From the NCBI GenBank assembly GCA_964619725.1, contig CAZUFC010000059.1, forward strand, positions 1 to 20,937: a stretch of 20,937 bases of DNA, read 5' to 3'. Source of the stretch: an uncultured bacterium (GTDB lineage Bacteria; CSSED10-310; CAZUFC01). The notes beneath the pieces were generated by a model. That model saw only the letters and a list, made by a program, of their open reading frames with translations. It was not told the DNA's origin and searched no databases. Of this stretch, positions 1-7,502 are shown piece by piece. Every line of letters starts with the position of its first letter. The first letter of the stretch is position 1. Both the position numbers and the translations under genes were made by a program.

Positions 1-6
1 GCTTTT

Positions 7-24
7 TCGTCAAAAATTTCACAA
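7..24. promoter_or_regulatory. Rex/CRP-like palindromic operator candidate overlapping a minus-strand -35 (TTGACG)
   Basis: TCGTCAA-AAAT-TTCACAA matches 12/14 of TTGTGAA-N4-TTCACAA. The target gene would lie left of the window. Confidence 0.35.
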
Positions 25-185
25 TTTTTTATTGGCGAATGTCAGGAGATGTGAAGTTATAAAAGTCCGCGGCTGAAGAACAATGCCGACAAGCCTGACA
101 CGGAAACGGTCGATTCAGAAAACGATAAGGTATGGCGAACGCTTAAGGGAATTCAATATCCTCAGTCTTTATGTCCCAGTCTCTT

Positions 186-215
186 TTCGCGTGAATTCGC
201 GTAAATTCGCGGACA
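186..215. repeat. Intergenic 10-bp tandem repeat (3 copies)
   Basis: TTCGCGTGAA TTCGCGTAAA TTCGCGGACA. Confidence 0.8.
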
Positions 216-222
216 GAAAAAT

Positions 223-241
223 TCCACAGTCACCGTTCATC
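223..241. repeat. 19-bp element, inverted copy of 20919-20937
   Basis: TCCACAGTCACCGTTCATC vs the reverse complement of the window end, TCCACACTCACCGTTCATC (18/19). Confidence 0.6.
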
Positions 242-245
242 TGCC

Positions 246-803
246 TCACATGCATCGGACCGGCTCGTAAAACAACAACATCGTATCGCCGATTATTTTT
301 TCCCTTTTTATCCTCATGTTGCCGTATTTTTCAGCAAATTCGGCGATGCTTCGCGTTTCCAGGATTACCGTTAAACGGTCTTTGATTAAAGACGAATCGC
401 CCAGAGCCTTCATCGCTGATTCTCCTGCATCGGACTCATACGGCGGATCAAGAAAAACAATATCGAACCTGCGCCCGCTCTTGTAACGACCTATAAAGGA
501 ACCGACATCAGCCCGGATCGCTTCGGCCTTTGCCTCGAATCCCAGCAGTTTGATATTTTCGATTAATTTCCTGTAAATTTTCCAGTTTTCTTCCACAAAT
601 AAACAGGATTCCGCTCCTCTGCTGAGAGCTTCGATACCGATGCTGCCTATACCGGCGAACAAGTCGAGGAAACGGGCTCCTTGCGTTTTATCGGCAAGGA
701 TATTGAAAAGAGTTTCCTTGACGCGTCCGGATGTCGGCCTGAACTGCGTCACAGAAGCGGTTTTCAATTTGCGTCCTTTTGCCGATCCTGCAATTATTTT
801 CAT
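246..803 (-). CDS. rsmD: 16S rRNA (guanine966-N2)-methyltransferase RsmD
   Basis: MKIIAGSAKGRKL start, RPTSGRVKETLFNIL, SAM motif LDLFAGIGSIGIEALSRGA, and FLDPPY. Confidence 0.96.
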   Translation of the reverse strand: MKIIAGSAKGRKLKTASVTQFRPTSGRVKETLFNILADKTQGARFLDLFAGIGSIGIEALSRGAESCLFVEENWKIYRKLIENIKLLGFEAKAEAIRADVGSFIGRYKSGRRFDIVFLDPPYESDAGESAMKALGDSSLIKDRLTVILETRSIAEFAEKYGNMRIKREKIIGDTMLLFYEPVRCM

Positions 804-908
804 GATGAACTTTAAAATCCCGCTCCGCAGGCCAGTTTTTCAATTTTGACGCACAGTTAGTTTGGAATAATACGTCAATTGAGCGAGCGGAAGACGAGAG
901 AGAAGCGA

Positions 909-1124
909 TCAGGAAAATTCGGCGTAACCGTTCGAGAGGTTGTAATAGACGTCATGATCGGGTGATTGAATTACTACGGCTCCTGAGTCGTAAATTTTCA
1001 CCAGGGCGCCCAGAGCTTCAATTTTCGTTTCAGAAATAATTTTTCCCTTTCCCTCTTCACGTCGATCCGTGGCGTAGATTTTGTATTTGATGTCGCTGCA
1101 AATATGAACGTGTCCTTTTATCAT
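909..1124 (-). CDS. Small hypothetical protein (71 aa)
   Basis: ATG at 1124 has GGAG upstream and avoids the recG overlap of the 1196 TTG start. The ORF fills the recG-rsmD gap. Confidence 0.65.
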   Translation of the reverse strand: MIKGHVHICSDIKYKIYATDRREEGKGKIISETKIEALGALVKIYDSGAVVIQSPDHDVYYNLSNGYAEFS

Positions 1125-1152
1125 GAGAGAATCTCCAATTTCCGGAATCTGA

Positions 1153-3282
1153 TCATCCCGAATATAAATATACCAGCCGTTTTTTCCTAAAAGCAATTAA
1201 TTTTGATCGAAGGTGGGGCGACAAACGCGTTTCGGATATTTTTTCCTGGAAAACCATCTGTTCTGCAGCACGGCGAGCCGTCACGGCCAAATCTGGATTC
1301 TCAACGAGGTTTTTCATCCATCCAGCGGCGGCGCCGGCCTGTTTAAGGCCTAAAAAATCTCCCGGTCCCCTGAATCTCAAATCTTCTTCGGCTATACGGA
1401 AACCGTCGTTCGTTTCAGCCAAAACCTTCACTCTGGCAAGACCTTTATCCGGACAATCGTCGTCCATAAGCAACCGGCAAAAGGCCTGCCGGTTCCAGCT
1501 TCTTCCCACCCTTCCCCGAAGCTGATGAGTCTGTGAAAGCCCGAACCTCTCTGCGTTTTCAATGACAATATAAACAGCTTCGGGAATATCTATTCCCACT
1601 TCAATCACGGTAGTTGCCGTTAAAATATTGAATTCGCCCTTCTCAAATCCCAGGATTATTTCCTCCTTCTCATCGGACTTCATTTTTCCATGAAGCAATC
1701 TCACCTTTTCCGCACCGTACCTCTTTTGCAAATCCTCGAATCTTCGCTTTGCCGATGCTATTTCATTATTCTGATTTTCGGATTCAAGAAGAGGGGTGGC
1801 CCAGAAAGCCTGGCGGCCTTTTTCAACGACTGAATCCAATTCAGCGTATATCTTTTTGATCTGAGATTTGAAAATTATTTCCGTTAAAACCGGTTTTCGT
1901 CCCGGCGGTAACTCATCCAGCACGGAAATATCCAGATGTCCGAATAAAGACAGTCCCAAAGTCCGGGGAATAGGCGTCGCCGTCATGACGAGAAAATCAG
2001 GCGCGGGACCCTTGTGTTTGAGTTTCAATCTCTGGAGAACTCCGAAACGGTGCTGTTCATCCACCACTACTAATCCCAGGTTCCGGAATGCTACTGAATT
2101 TTGAATCAGCGCTTGAGTGCCGACGATCAATTTACATTCGCCGGATTCCAGCTTTTCATTTATTTCCTTTCTTTTCTTTCGGGAAATCGCTCCCTTCAGC
2201 AGCTCAGGAATTATGCCGAATTTATGCAACAGCGCTTTCAATGTCCTGTAATGCTGGTCCGCCAAAGTTTCCGTCGGAGCCATCATGGCGCATTGCTGCC
2301 CCGCATCGATAACCGTCAGTATCGCAAAAGCCGCCGCTATCGTTTTACCGCTCCCTACATCTCCCTGCAACAATCTCATCATCTGATGCGGACTCTTCAG
2401 GTCCTGCAGTATATCCTCGATCACGCTTCGCTGTGCTCCGGTCAGATCAAAAGGCAAACTCTCCACAAAAGAATTGTATCTGAGGAAATTGCTGCTTTTG
2501 GATGAACCCCGGGTTTCCTGCTTGATTTTCTTTCGTAAAAAGGCCGTGGATAAATGTAATAAAAATAGATCGCCGAAATTCAGGCGTCTGTGATAAGGAG
2601 ATTTGCCTGTATTGTATTTTTCCAGGTCTATATCAGGGCCGGGAAAATGAAGAGCCTTCAAGGAGGTTCTGATATCAGGCATCTGGTTTTCCATTAGTAT
2701 CCCCCCGGGCACATAATCAATCAGATGGCGCTCGTAATGATCGAATGCATTGCGTACGAACTTCCTGAACTTTTTGTCAGTAATTCCATCAGGCAATGAA
2801 TAACAAGGGATTACCTCGTTACCCCACTCCGCTTCCTTTCCGCCTTCTGTTATCGCATATTCAGGATGAACCATTTCAAAAGCTATACCGCTTTGTTCGG
2901 ATTCACGGAGCGTCCCCTGCAACAGCAGACGCCGGCCGGGCTGCAAAAGCCGATTCATATAAAACTGCTGAAACCAGACCGCTTTCATCAGGCCCAGTTT
3001 CGTGTTCAATATCGCCTCAACCGCCGAACTCCTGTACGGCACATGACCCAATGTACGAGTTCTTTTCACTTCACAACTGATCCGACCTTCTACTCCCGCC
3101 TTCGCATTCTTTTCATCTAAAAATACAATCCTTTTATAACGGAAAGGAATATGACGCAATATCCCCTCTATGTCGGTAAGCCCGTGCTCCCTCAGTTTCA
3201 ACGACAACTTGGGCCCTATCCCTCTTAAAACCTCCGGCGACTCATGAAGGATGCTCTCGCTTTTTCTTCGTTCCAGCTTCAA
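1153..3282 (-). CDS. recG: ATP-dependent DNA helicase RecG
   Basis: RLLQGDVGSGKT, DEQHRFG, MTATPIPRTL, ERFGLSQTHQLRGRVGR, and the TRG motif DGFRIAEEDLRFRGPG. Start reassigned to TTG 3282, which overlaps the upstream stop as TTGA. Confidence 0.96.
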   Translation of the reverse strand: MKLERRKSESILHESPEVLRGIGPKLSLKLREHGLTDIEGILRHIPFRYKRIVFLDEKNAKAGVEGRISCEVKRTRTLGHVPYRSSAVEAILNTKLGLMKAVWFQQFYMNRLLQPGRRLLLQGTLRESEQSGIAFEMVHPEYAITEGGKEAEWGNEVIPCYSLPDGITDKKFRKFVRNAFDHYERHLIDYVPGGILMENQMPDIRTSLKALHFPGPDIDLEKYNTGKSPYHRRLNFGDLFLLHLSTAFLRKKIKQETRGSSKSSNFLRYNSFVESLPFDLTGAQRSVIEDILQDLKSPHQMMRLLQGDVGSGKTIAAAFAILTVIDAGQQCAMMAPTETLADQHYRTLKALLHKFGIIPELLKGAISRKKRKEINEKLESGECKLIVGTQALIQNSVAFRNLGLVVVDEQHRFGVLQRLKLKHKGPAPDFLVMTATPIPRTLGLSLFGHLDISVLDELPPGRKPVLTEIIFKSQIKKIYAELDSVVEKGRQAFWATPLLESENQNNEIASAKRRFEDLQKRYGAEKVRLLHGKMKSDEKEEIILGFEKGEFNILTATTVIEVGIDIPEAVYIVIENAERFGLSQTHQLRGRVGRSWNRQAFCRLLMDDDCPDKGLARVKVLAETNDGFRIAEEDLRFRGPGDFLGLKQAGAAAGWMKNLVENPDLAVTARRAAEQMVFQEKISETRLSPHLRSKLIAFRKKRLVYLYSG

Positions 3283-3905
3283 CTTTGCGTCAATGATTGC
3301 ACTATTATGATGATCGCTACCAGAAGAACAAGCCCAGGAATTTCCCGATAAGCGTGATTCCGCATGTAGTTGCTGAAGCTCCAGCCGCTCAGGTCCATAT
3401 CCTTGAACGATCTTATGCCGGGAATGATTCGAGGAGTTTGCCGGCAATACTCCGAATAGTGGCTCCCAAATAACTTCGTTAAACGGTCTTCCTCGACTGC
3501 CATAGCTAAATCATACAATAATATGAAAAAAATCAGATAAATAATAAAAAATATCCAGCTCTTTACAAAAAAAACTACGCCGGCTCCCATTAAAAAACTG
3601 CCCAGATATAATGGATGTCGTACTATTCCATAAGGACCCTTGCCCGCAAGTTTTTTGTTTTTCTGTATGTACCCTGCCGCCCAGCCCCGAAACAGCAATC
3701 CTGTTGCGGACAATATCAGAGCGGCATAAGACAGTTCTTCCACCGGCGTAAAAATCAGGAAGAAGGCAAAAATATACGCAGGATAAATGCGAAGCCTAGA
3801 ATGATTTTTGCGTATCCAGGAATGCTTAATCAATCTGCTCCGCATCTTCTTCAACGAAACAGACTGAAAAACCGCGGTATTAAAAAGGCTTGAAAATAAA
3901 CTCAT
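3279..3905 (-). CDS. Isoprenylcysteine carboxyl methyltransferase / PEMT family membrane protein
   Basis: GPYGIVRHPLYLG and EEDRLTKLFGSHYSEYCRQTPRIIP motifs, several hydrophobic segments, and an ATGA overlap with the upstream gene. Confidence 0.88.
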   Translation of the reverse strand: MSLFSSLFNTAVFQSVSLKKMRSRLIKHSWIRKNHSRLRIYPAYIFAFFLIFTPVEELSYAALILSATGLLFRGWAAGYIQKNKKLAGKGPYGIVRHPLYLGSFLMGAGVVFFVKSWIFFIIYLIFFILLYDLAMAVEEDRLTKLFGSHYSEYCRQTPRIIPGIRSFKDMDLSGWSFSNYMRNHAYREIPGLVLLVAIIIIVQSLTQS

Positions 3906-4567
3906 TGGAGCAGCCCTGGAGGAATATTGCCGATATAAGTAAAACCCTCGTCATCGGAATAAACGTAAATTTCCGCCGAATTTCCGTCCGCGTTGCTGAA
4001 ATAGTCAAACCACGCCAGAACCTTTGATACGTAATCGCGTGTTTCCCGGAAAGGAGGTATTCCCTTATGCTCAGCCACTGCGTTTTCTCCGGCATTGTAA
4101 GCGGCCAGAACGATTTCCAGCTCCCCGGAAAAAACGCCCATCAAATGCCTTAAATAACGTATCCCGCCGATTAAATTTTCGCGGCAGTTGAAAGGCTCTT
4201 CAACATCAAATCTTTGCATGGTGGGAGGCATGAGTTGCATGATTCCCTGAGCGCCTGCGGGAGAGACGGCTTTACAGTCAAAATTCGACTCAACTTTGAT
4301 CACGGCACATACGAGATTCACGTCAAGGCCATACCGGCGGCTTATCTCGTCAATCAAGGGATAAAGCTCCTCCGCCGCTTCCCCGTGCCTGCGAAAAAAA
4401 TCCGCTTGTTCTTCCGTTACGCCATCTTCCTTTTCGCTGCCGTTCCTCACGTTGCTCAGGCAAATGTTTCCGTTCTCATCCGTGTATGTTATCGTTTTTC
4501 CCCATACCGCAGCGCTCGACAACAAGACAATAATGACCGAAATTATCATTCTCTTTGACATTCTCAT
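3902..4567 (-). CDS. Exported lytic transglycosylase (SLT domain) with DUF4124-like segments
   Basis: Signal peptide, catalytic IKVESNF, GAQGIMQLMP, LAAYNAG and ETRDYV. Confidence 0.92.
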   Translation of the reverse strand: MRMSKRMIISVIIVLLSSAAVWGKTITYTDENGNICLSNVRNGSEKEDGVTEEQADFFRRHGEAAEELYPLIDEISRRYGLDVNLVCAVIKVESNFDCKAVSPAGAQGIMQLMPPTMQRFDVEEPFNCRENLIGGIRYLRHLMGVFSGELEIVLAAYNAGENAVAEHKGIPPFRETRDYVSKVLAWFDYFSNADGNSAEIYVYSDDEGFTYIGNIPPGLLQ

Positions 4568-4602
4568 GTGTAGAACCGTTCCGCATCCTTTCTTCAGTCC
4601 GC

Positions 4603-5163
4603 TTAATCGATAATGCTTGCTGATCCGCCGTACCAGGCTATCCCGCTTATCGGAGTCCCTTCGTCGTCGTAAAGAGCGTAATCAAAAAATACGAAAGGAC
4701 TGGTACCTGCCGCCAATGCCTTGAATTTAAGCGCCACGGCGCTTCCCGTACCCGTCGCCGGTTCGCCCTCCGTCAGCGTCACCTCCGCAAATAACTCTCC
4801 CACTTCCTCATTATATGAAATTGCATAGGCCGCCGCACCCTCGTTCTGCTCGAAAAAATCGCCCTCTTCATGTTCCCTGTATCTCACAAGATCAGGACGA
4901 AATCTGAGTGAAAAACGTATAGAACCTACAGCTTCATACGTAACTTCCTTTAAATAAACGTAAATCGAAAACTTCTCCCCCGATGTCCGGGGCTGTAAAC
5001 TCACCGTGTTGTCTTCAGGAAACTCGTTCTCAGGGTAAAACAACCCCTCGAAGTCCGGTCCAGACGGCGTGTCCTCGCAGGAACACAAACACATAATAAG
5101 CAAACTCAGCGCTATGAAAGCCGTTACTCGTTTAATCAATTTCTTTCCTTTCGTTCCCCGCAT
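4603..5163 (-). CDS. Cohesin-domain lipoprotein
   Basis: ATG 5163 with a GAGGAG SD. Basic N-terminus, hydrophobic stretch and lipobox LCSC. Cohesin-like beta pattern (FSIYVYL, FSLRFRPDLV, EGDFF, GTGSAVALKFKALAAGTSPFVF, LYDDEG). Confidence 0.75.
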   Translation of the reverse strand: MRGTKGKKLIKRVTAFIALSLLIMCLCSCEDTPSGPDFEGLFYPENEFPEDNTVSLQPRTSGEKFSIYVYLKEVTYEAVGSIRFSLRFRPDLVRYREHEEGDFFEQNEGAAAYAISYNEEVGELFAEVTLTEGEPATGTGSAVALKFKALAAGTSPFVFFDYALYDDEGTPISGIAWYGGSASIID

Positions 5164-5187
5164 CCCGCTCTCCTCAAACTCCAAATT

Positions 5188-5217
5188 AATATATTTCCCC
5201 ACTCCTTCCCTTGTCAA
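5188..5217 (-). promoter_or_regulatory. Sigma70-type promoter for the cohesin-SLT-recG-rsmD operon
   Basis: TTGACA-18 nt-TATATT just upstream of the SD and ATG 5163. Confidence 0.65.
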
Positions 5218-5487
5218 GATATCTCCGCTTACTCGTTTCCGAATCAGAAACCTCAACGCCTGTCAATCTGCAAAATTTGAATTGAGGATCGAATTTAACT
5301 CATTTCCTCTTTTTACTATTTCGATAAAATTATTTTCTTGACTTTTTAGCATTAATCAATTAAATAAAAAAAGAAGGTAAATCCTGCGAAACCTTCATAA
5401 GAGACAGTGTGATAAATCGTGGGAGTCCTGCCGAAAGCTAATCTAATAAAGCCAGTTTTCAAGTTTTATAAGGAAATATGACAAAAG

Positions 5488-5505
5488 TTGTGAAAAAGTT
5501 CAGAT
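5488..5505. promoter_or_regulatory. CRP/Rex-like palindrome upstream of the rho promoter
   Basis: TTGTGAA-AAAG-TTCAGAT (TGTGA-N6-TCAGA). Confidence 0.3.
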
Positions 5506-5539
5506 CGCACTGGAAAAGGAATTTGACCTACAAAAGTCC

Positions 5540-5567
5540 TTGACAATCGCAAATTAAAAGTTATACT
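5540..5567 (+). promoter_or_regulatory. Sigma70-type promoter of rho
   Basis: TTGACA-16 nt-TATACT, about 120 nt upstream of the rho ATG. Confidence 0.75.
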
Positions 5568-5689
5568 AACCTGAAGCATTCCAAGAATCATATAGTAAGC
5601 TTTTTGGGTTGTCCTTGTCATGCTGGAATAATTTTGATCACAAGAAGGAAATTGAAGTACAGAACACAGGAGGTTGAAAAAGAGGAATC

Positions 5690-6937
5690 ATGAACATATC
5701 TGACTACCAGGAAAGATCTGTTGCCGAACTTTTCAAAATCGCCGACGAATTAAATGTTCCGGTTTCTTCCAACACGCGCAAATCGGACCTTATATTCAAA
5801 ATCATGCAGGCTCAGACGGAGCGTGACGGGTTGATATTTTCTGAGGGGGTCCTGGAGATATTACCAGACGGTTTTGGATTCCTGAGGTCGCCGGATTACA
5901 ATTATCTTCCCGGGCCGGATGATATATACGTTTCCCCGTCTCAAATACGTCGTTTCGATTTAAAGACGGGCGATACGATATCGGGTCAGGTACGTCCGCC
6001 GAAGGAAGGCGAGCGATATTTTGCGTTATTGAAGGTGGAAGCGATTAATTTCGAGCCGCCGGATCAGACGAAGGAGAAGGTATTTTTCGACAATTTGACG
6101 CCTATTTACCCAGACGCGGCGATAAAAATGGAGAATGATCCTGAAAATTTGTCGACCCGCGTAATGGCTTTGTTGACGCCGATTGGAAAAGGTCAGCGCG
6201 GATTGATCGTATCGCCGCCGCGTACGGGAAAAACGATGCTGCTCCAGGCCATTGCGAACGGCATAACAGCGAATCATCCGGAAGTGATGTTGATTGTTCT
6301 GCTGATTGATGAGCGGCCGGAAGAGGTTACCGACATGCAGCGTTCGGTGCGCGGCGAAGTAATCAGCTCCACGTTCGATGAGCCGGCTCAACGGCATGTA
6401 GCTGTTGCGGAAATGGTCATCGAAAAGGCGAAGCGTCTGGTGGAGCACAGGCGTGACGTGGTTATTCTGCTGGACAGCATAACGCGTCTTGCCCGAGCCT
6501 ACAACGCAATCGTGCCGCCCAGCGGCAAAATTCTTTCCGGAGGCGTCGATTCCAATGCGCTGCATCGTCCGAAACGTTTCTTCGGAGCAGCCAGAAATAT
6601 CGAAGAAGGCGGAAGTCTCACCATTATCGCTACCGCCCTGATCGACACGGGAAGCCGAATGGACGACGTTATTTTTGAGGAATTCAAAGGCACCGGCAAT
6701 CTTGAAATTCATCTGGACAGAAAACTGGTCGACCGCAGGGTATTCCCGGCTATCGACATCAAGAGGTCCGGAACCAGAAAAGAGGAATTGCTTATTCCGC
6801 CCGCTGAATTGAACCGCATCTGGATACTGCGTAAACTGCTGAATCCCATGGGGGTCGTGGAAAGTATGGAATTCCTGCTGGAAAAATTGTCGAAAACCAA
6901 GAATAATAAAGAATTCCTGGCTATAATGAACGAATAG
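5690..6937 (+). CDS. rho: Transcription termination factor Rho
   Basis: [20 protein letters not shown]-loop [20 protein letters not shown] and SGTRKEELL. 415 aa with no N-terminal insertion. Confidence 0.99.
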   Translation: MNISDYQERSVAELFKIADELNVPVSSNTRKSDLIFKIMQAQTERDGLIFSEGVLEILPDGFGFLRSPDYNYLPGPDDIYVSPSQIRRFDLKTGDTISGQVRPPKEGERYFALLKVEAINFEPPDQTKEKVFFDNLTPIYPDAAIKMENDPENLSTRVMALLTPIGKGQRGLIVSPPRTGKTMLLQAIANGITANHPEVMLIVLLIDERPEEVTDMQRSVRGEVISSTFDEPAQRHVAVAEMVIEKAKRLVEHRRDVVILLDSITRLARAYNAIVPPSGKILSGGVDSNALHRPKRFFGAARNIEEGGSLTIIATALIDTGSRMDDVIFEEFKGTGNLEIHLDRKLVDRRVFPAIDIKRSGTRKEELLIPPAELNRIWILRKLLNPMGVVESMEFLLEKLSKTKNNKEFLAIMNE

Positions 6938-7072
6938 ATTCCCCTGGATAGACAATCCGTCTCTTTTACCAGACACAAATTGCACGTCACGAAGGATGCA
7001 CGAACTGCAGGAAATGTCGCTCTTCGCGATAGCTCCCCGCGTGCAATTCAGATAAATCATCCATTAAAAAAC

Positions 7073-7102
7073 TTGACTTATCGGCGGCCCGCTCGGTATA
7101 TA
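7073..7102 (+). promoter_or_regulatory. Sigma70-type promoter for rpmE-prfA-prmC
   Basis: TTGACT-18 nt-TATATA, preceded by an A-tract. Confidence 0.55.
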
Positions 7103-7275
7103 CCTAAGAACCGGAACGAGCTTTCGTTCCGTTATTGCGGTCGGCCCCGGTCTTATTAAGAATTTCTGAGGTAAAAAAAGAAAGATACGCTGGTCTGATC
7201 AGCAGGAATTATTGCAATGGATGCGAAATCGTGTTACCTTTACTGGGCGAAATGATCCCGAAGGAGGGAACGTCA

Positions 7276-7488
7276 ATGAAAAAAGGCATACATCCGGAAT
7301 ATCACGAAACCGAAATTCGATGCGCTTGCGGCAACGTCATCAAACTTGGTTCAACAAAGAAAGATTTGAAAGTTGAAATCTGTTCAAAATGCCATCCGTT
7401 CTATACGGGTAAGCAGAAATTTGTGGATACTGCCGGACGAGTGGAACGATTCCAGAGAAAATATGGATTGAAGACCAAGAAGAGCTGA
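7276..7488 (+). CDS. rpmE: 50S ribosomal protein L31, Zn-binding (C+) type
   Basis: [23 protein letters not shown] and [18 protein letters not shown] before ATG 7276; the ORF track start at 7135 is too long. Confidence 0.98.
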   Translation: MKKGIHPEYHETEIRCACGNVIKLGSTKKDLKVEICSKCHPFYTGKQKFVDTAGRVERFQRKYGLKTKKS

Positions 7489-7502
7489 ACTGAGAAAATT
7501 TC

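Noticed and set aside
186-215. Short repeats (also 19619 and 20563) as CRISPR arrays
   Set aside because: Units are 6-10 bp with no spacers, and there are no cas genes.
83-385. 100-aa plus-strand ORF
   Set aside because: It overlaps rsmD antisense and runs through a non-triplet repeat, with no motif.
3283-3447. Apparent N-terminal extension of RecG
   Set aside because: It overlaps the methyltransferase gene. TTG 3282 gives a normal-length RecG with a coupled start.
5164-5256. Longer start for the cohesin lipoprotein
   Set aside because: The region contains the promoter and SD, and the signal peptide begins at ATG 5163.
6978-7048. tRNA gene
   Set aside because: The size is similar, but there is no proper D-loop, 7-nt anticodon loop or TTCRA T-arm geometry.
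6026-7060. 344-aa ORF antisense to rho
   Set aside because: Shadow frame of a highly conserved gene, with no recognisable motifs or SD.
7135-7275. Apparent 47-aa N-terminal extension of L31
   Set aside because: A strong SD precedes ATG 7276, which gives the canonical MKKGIHP start.
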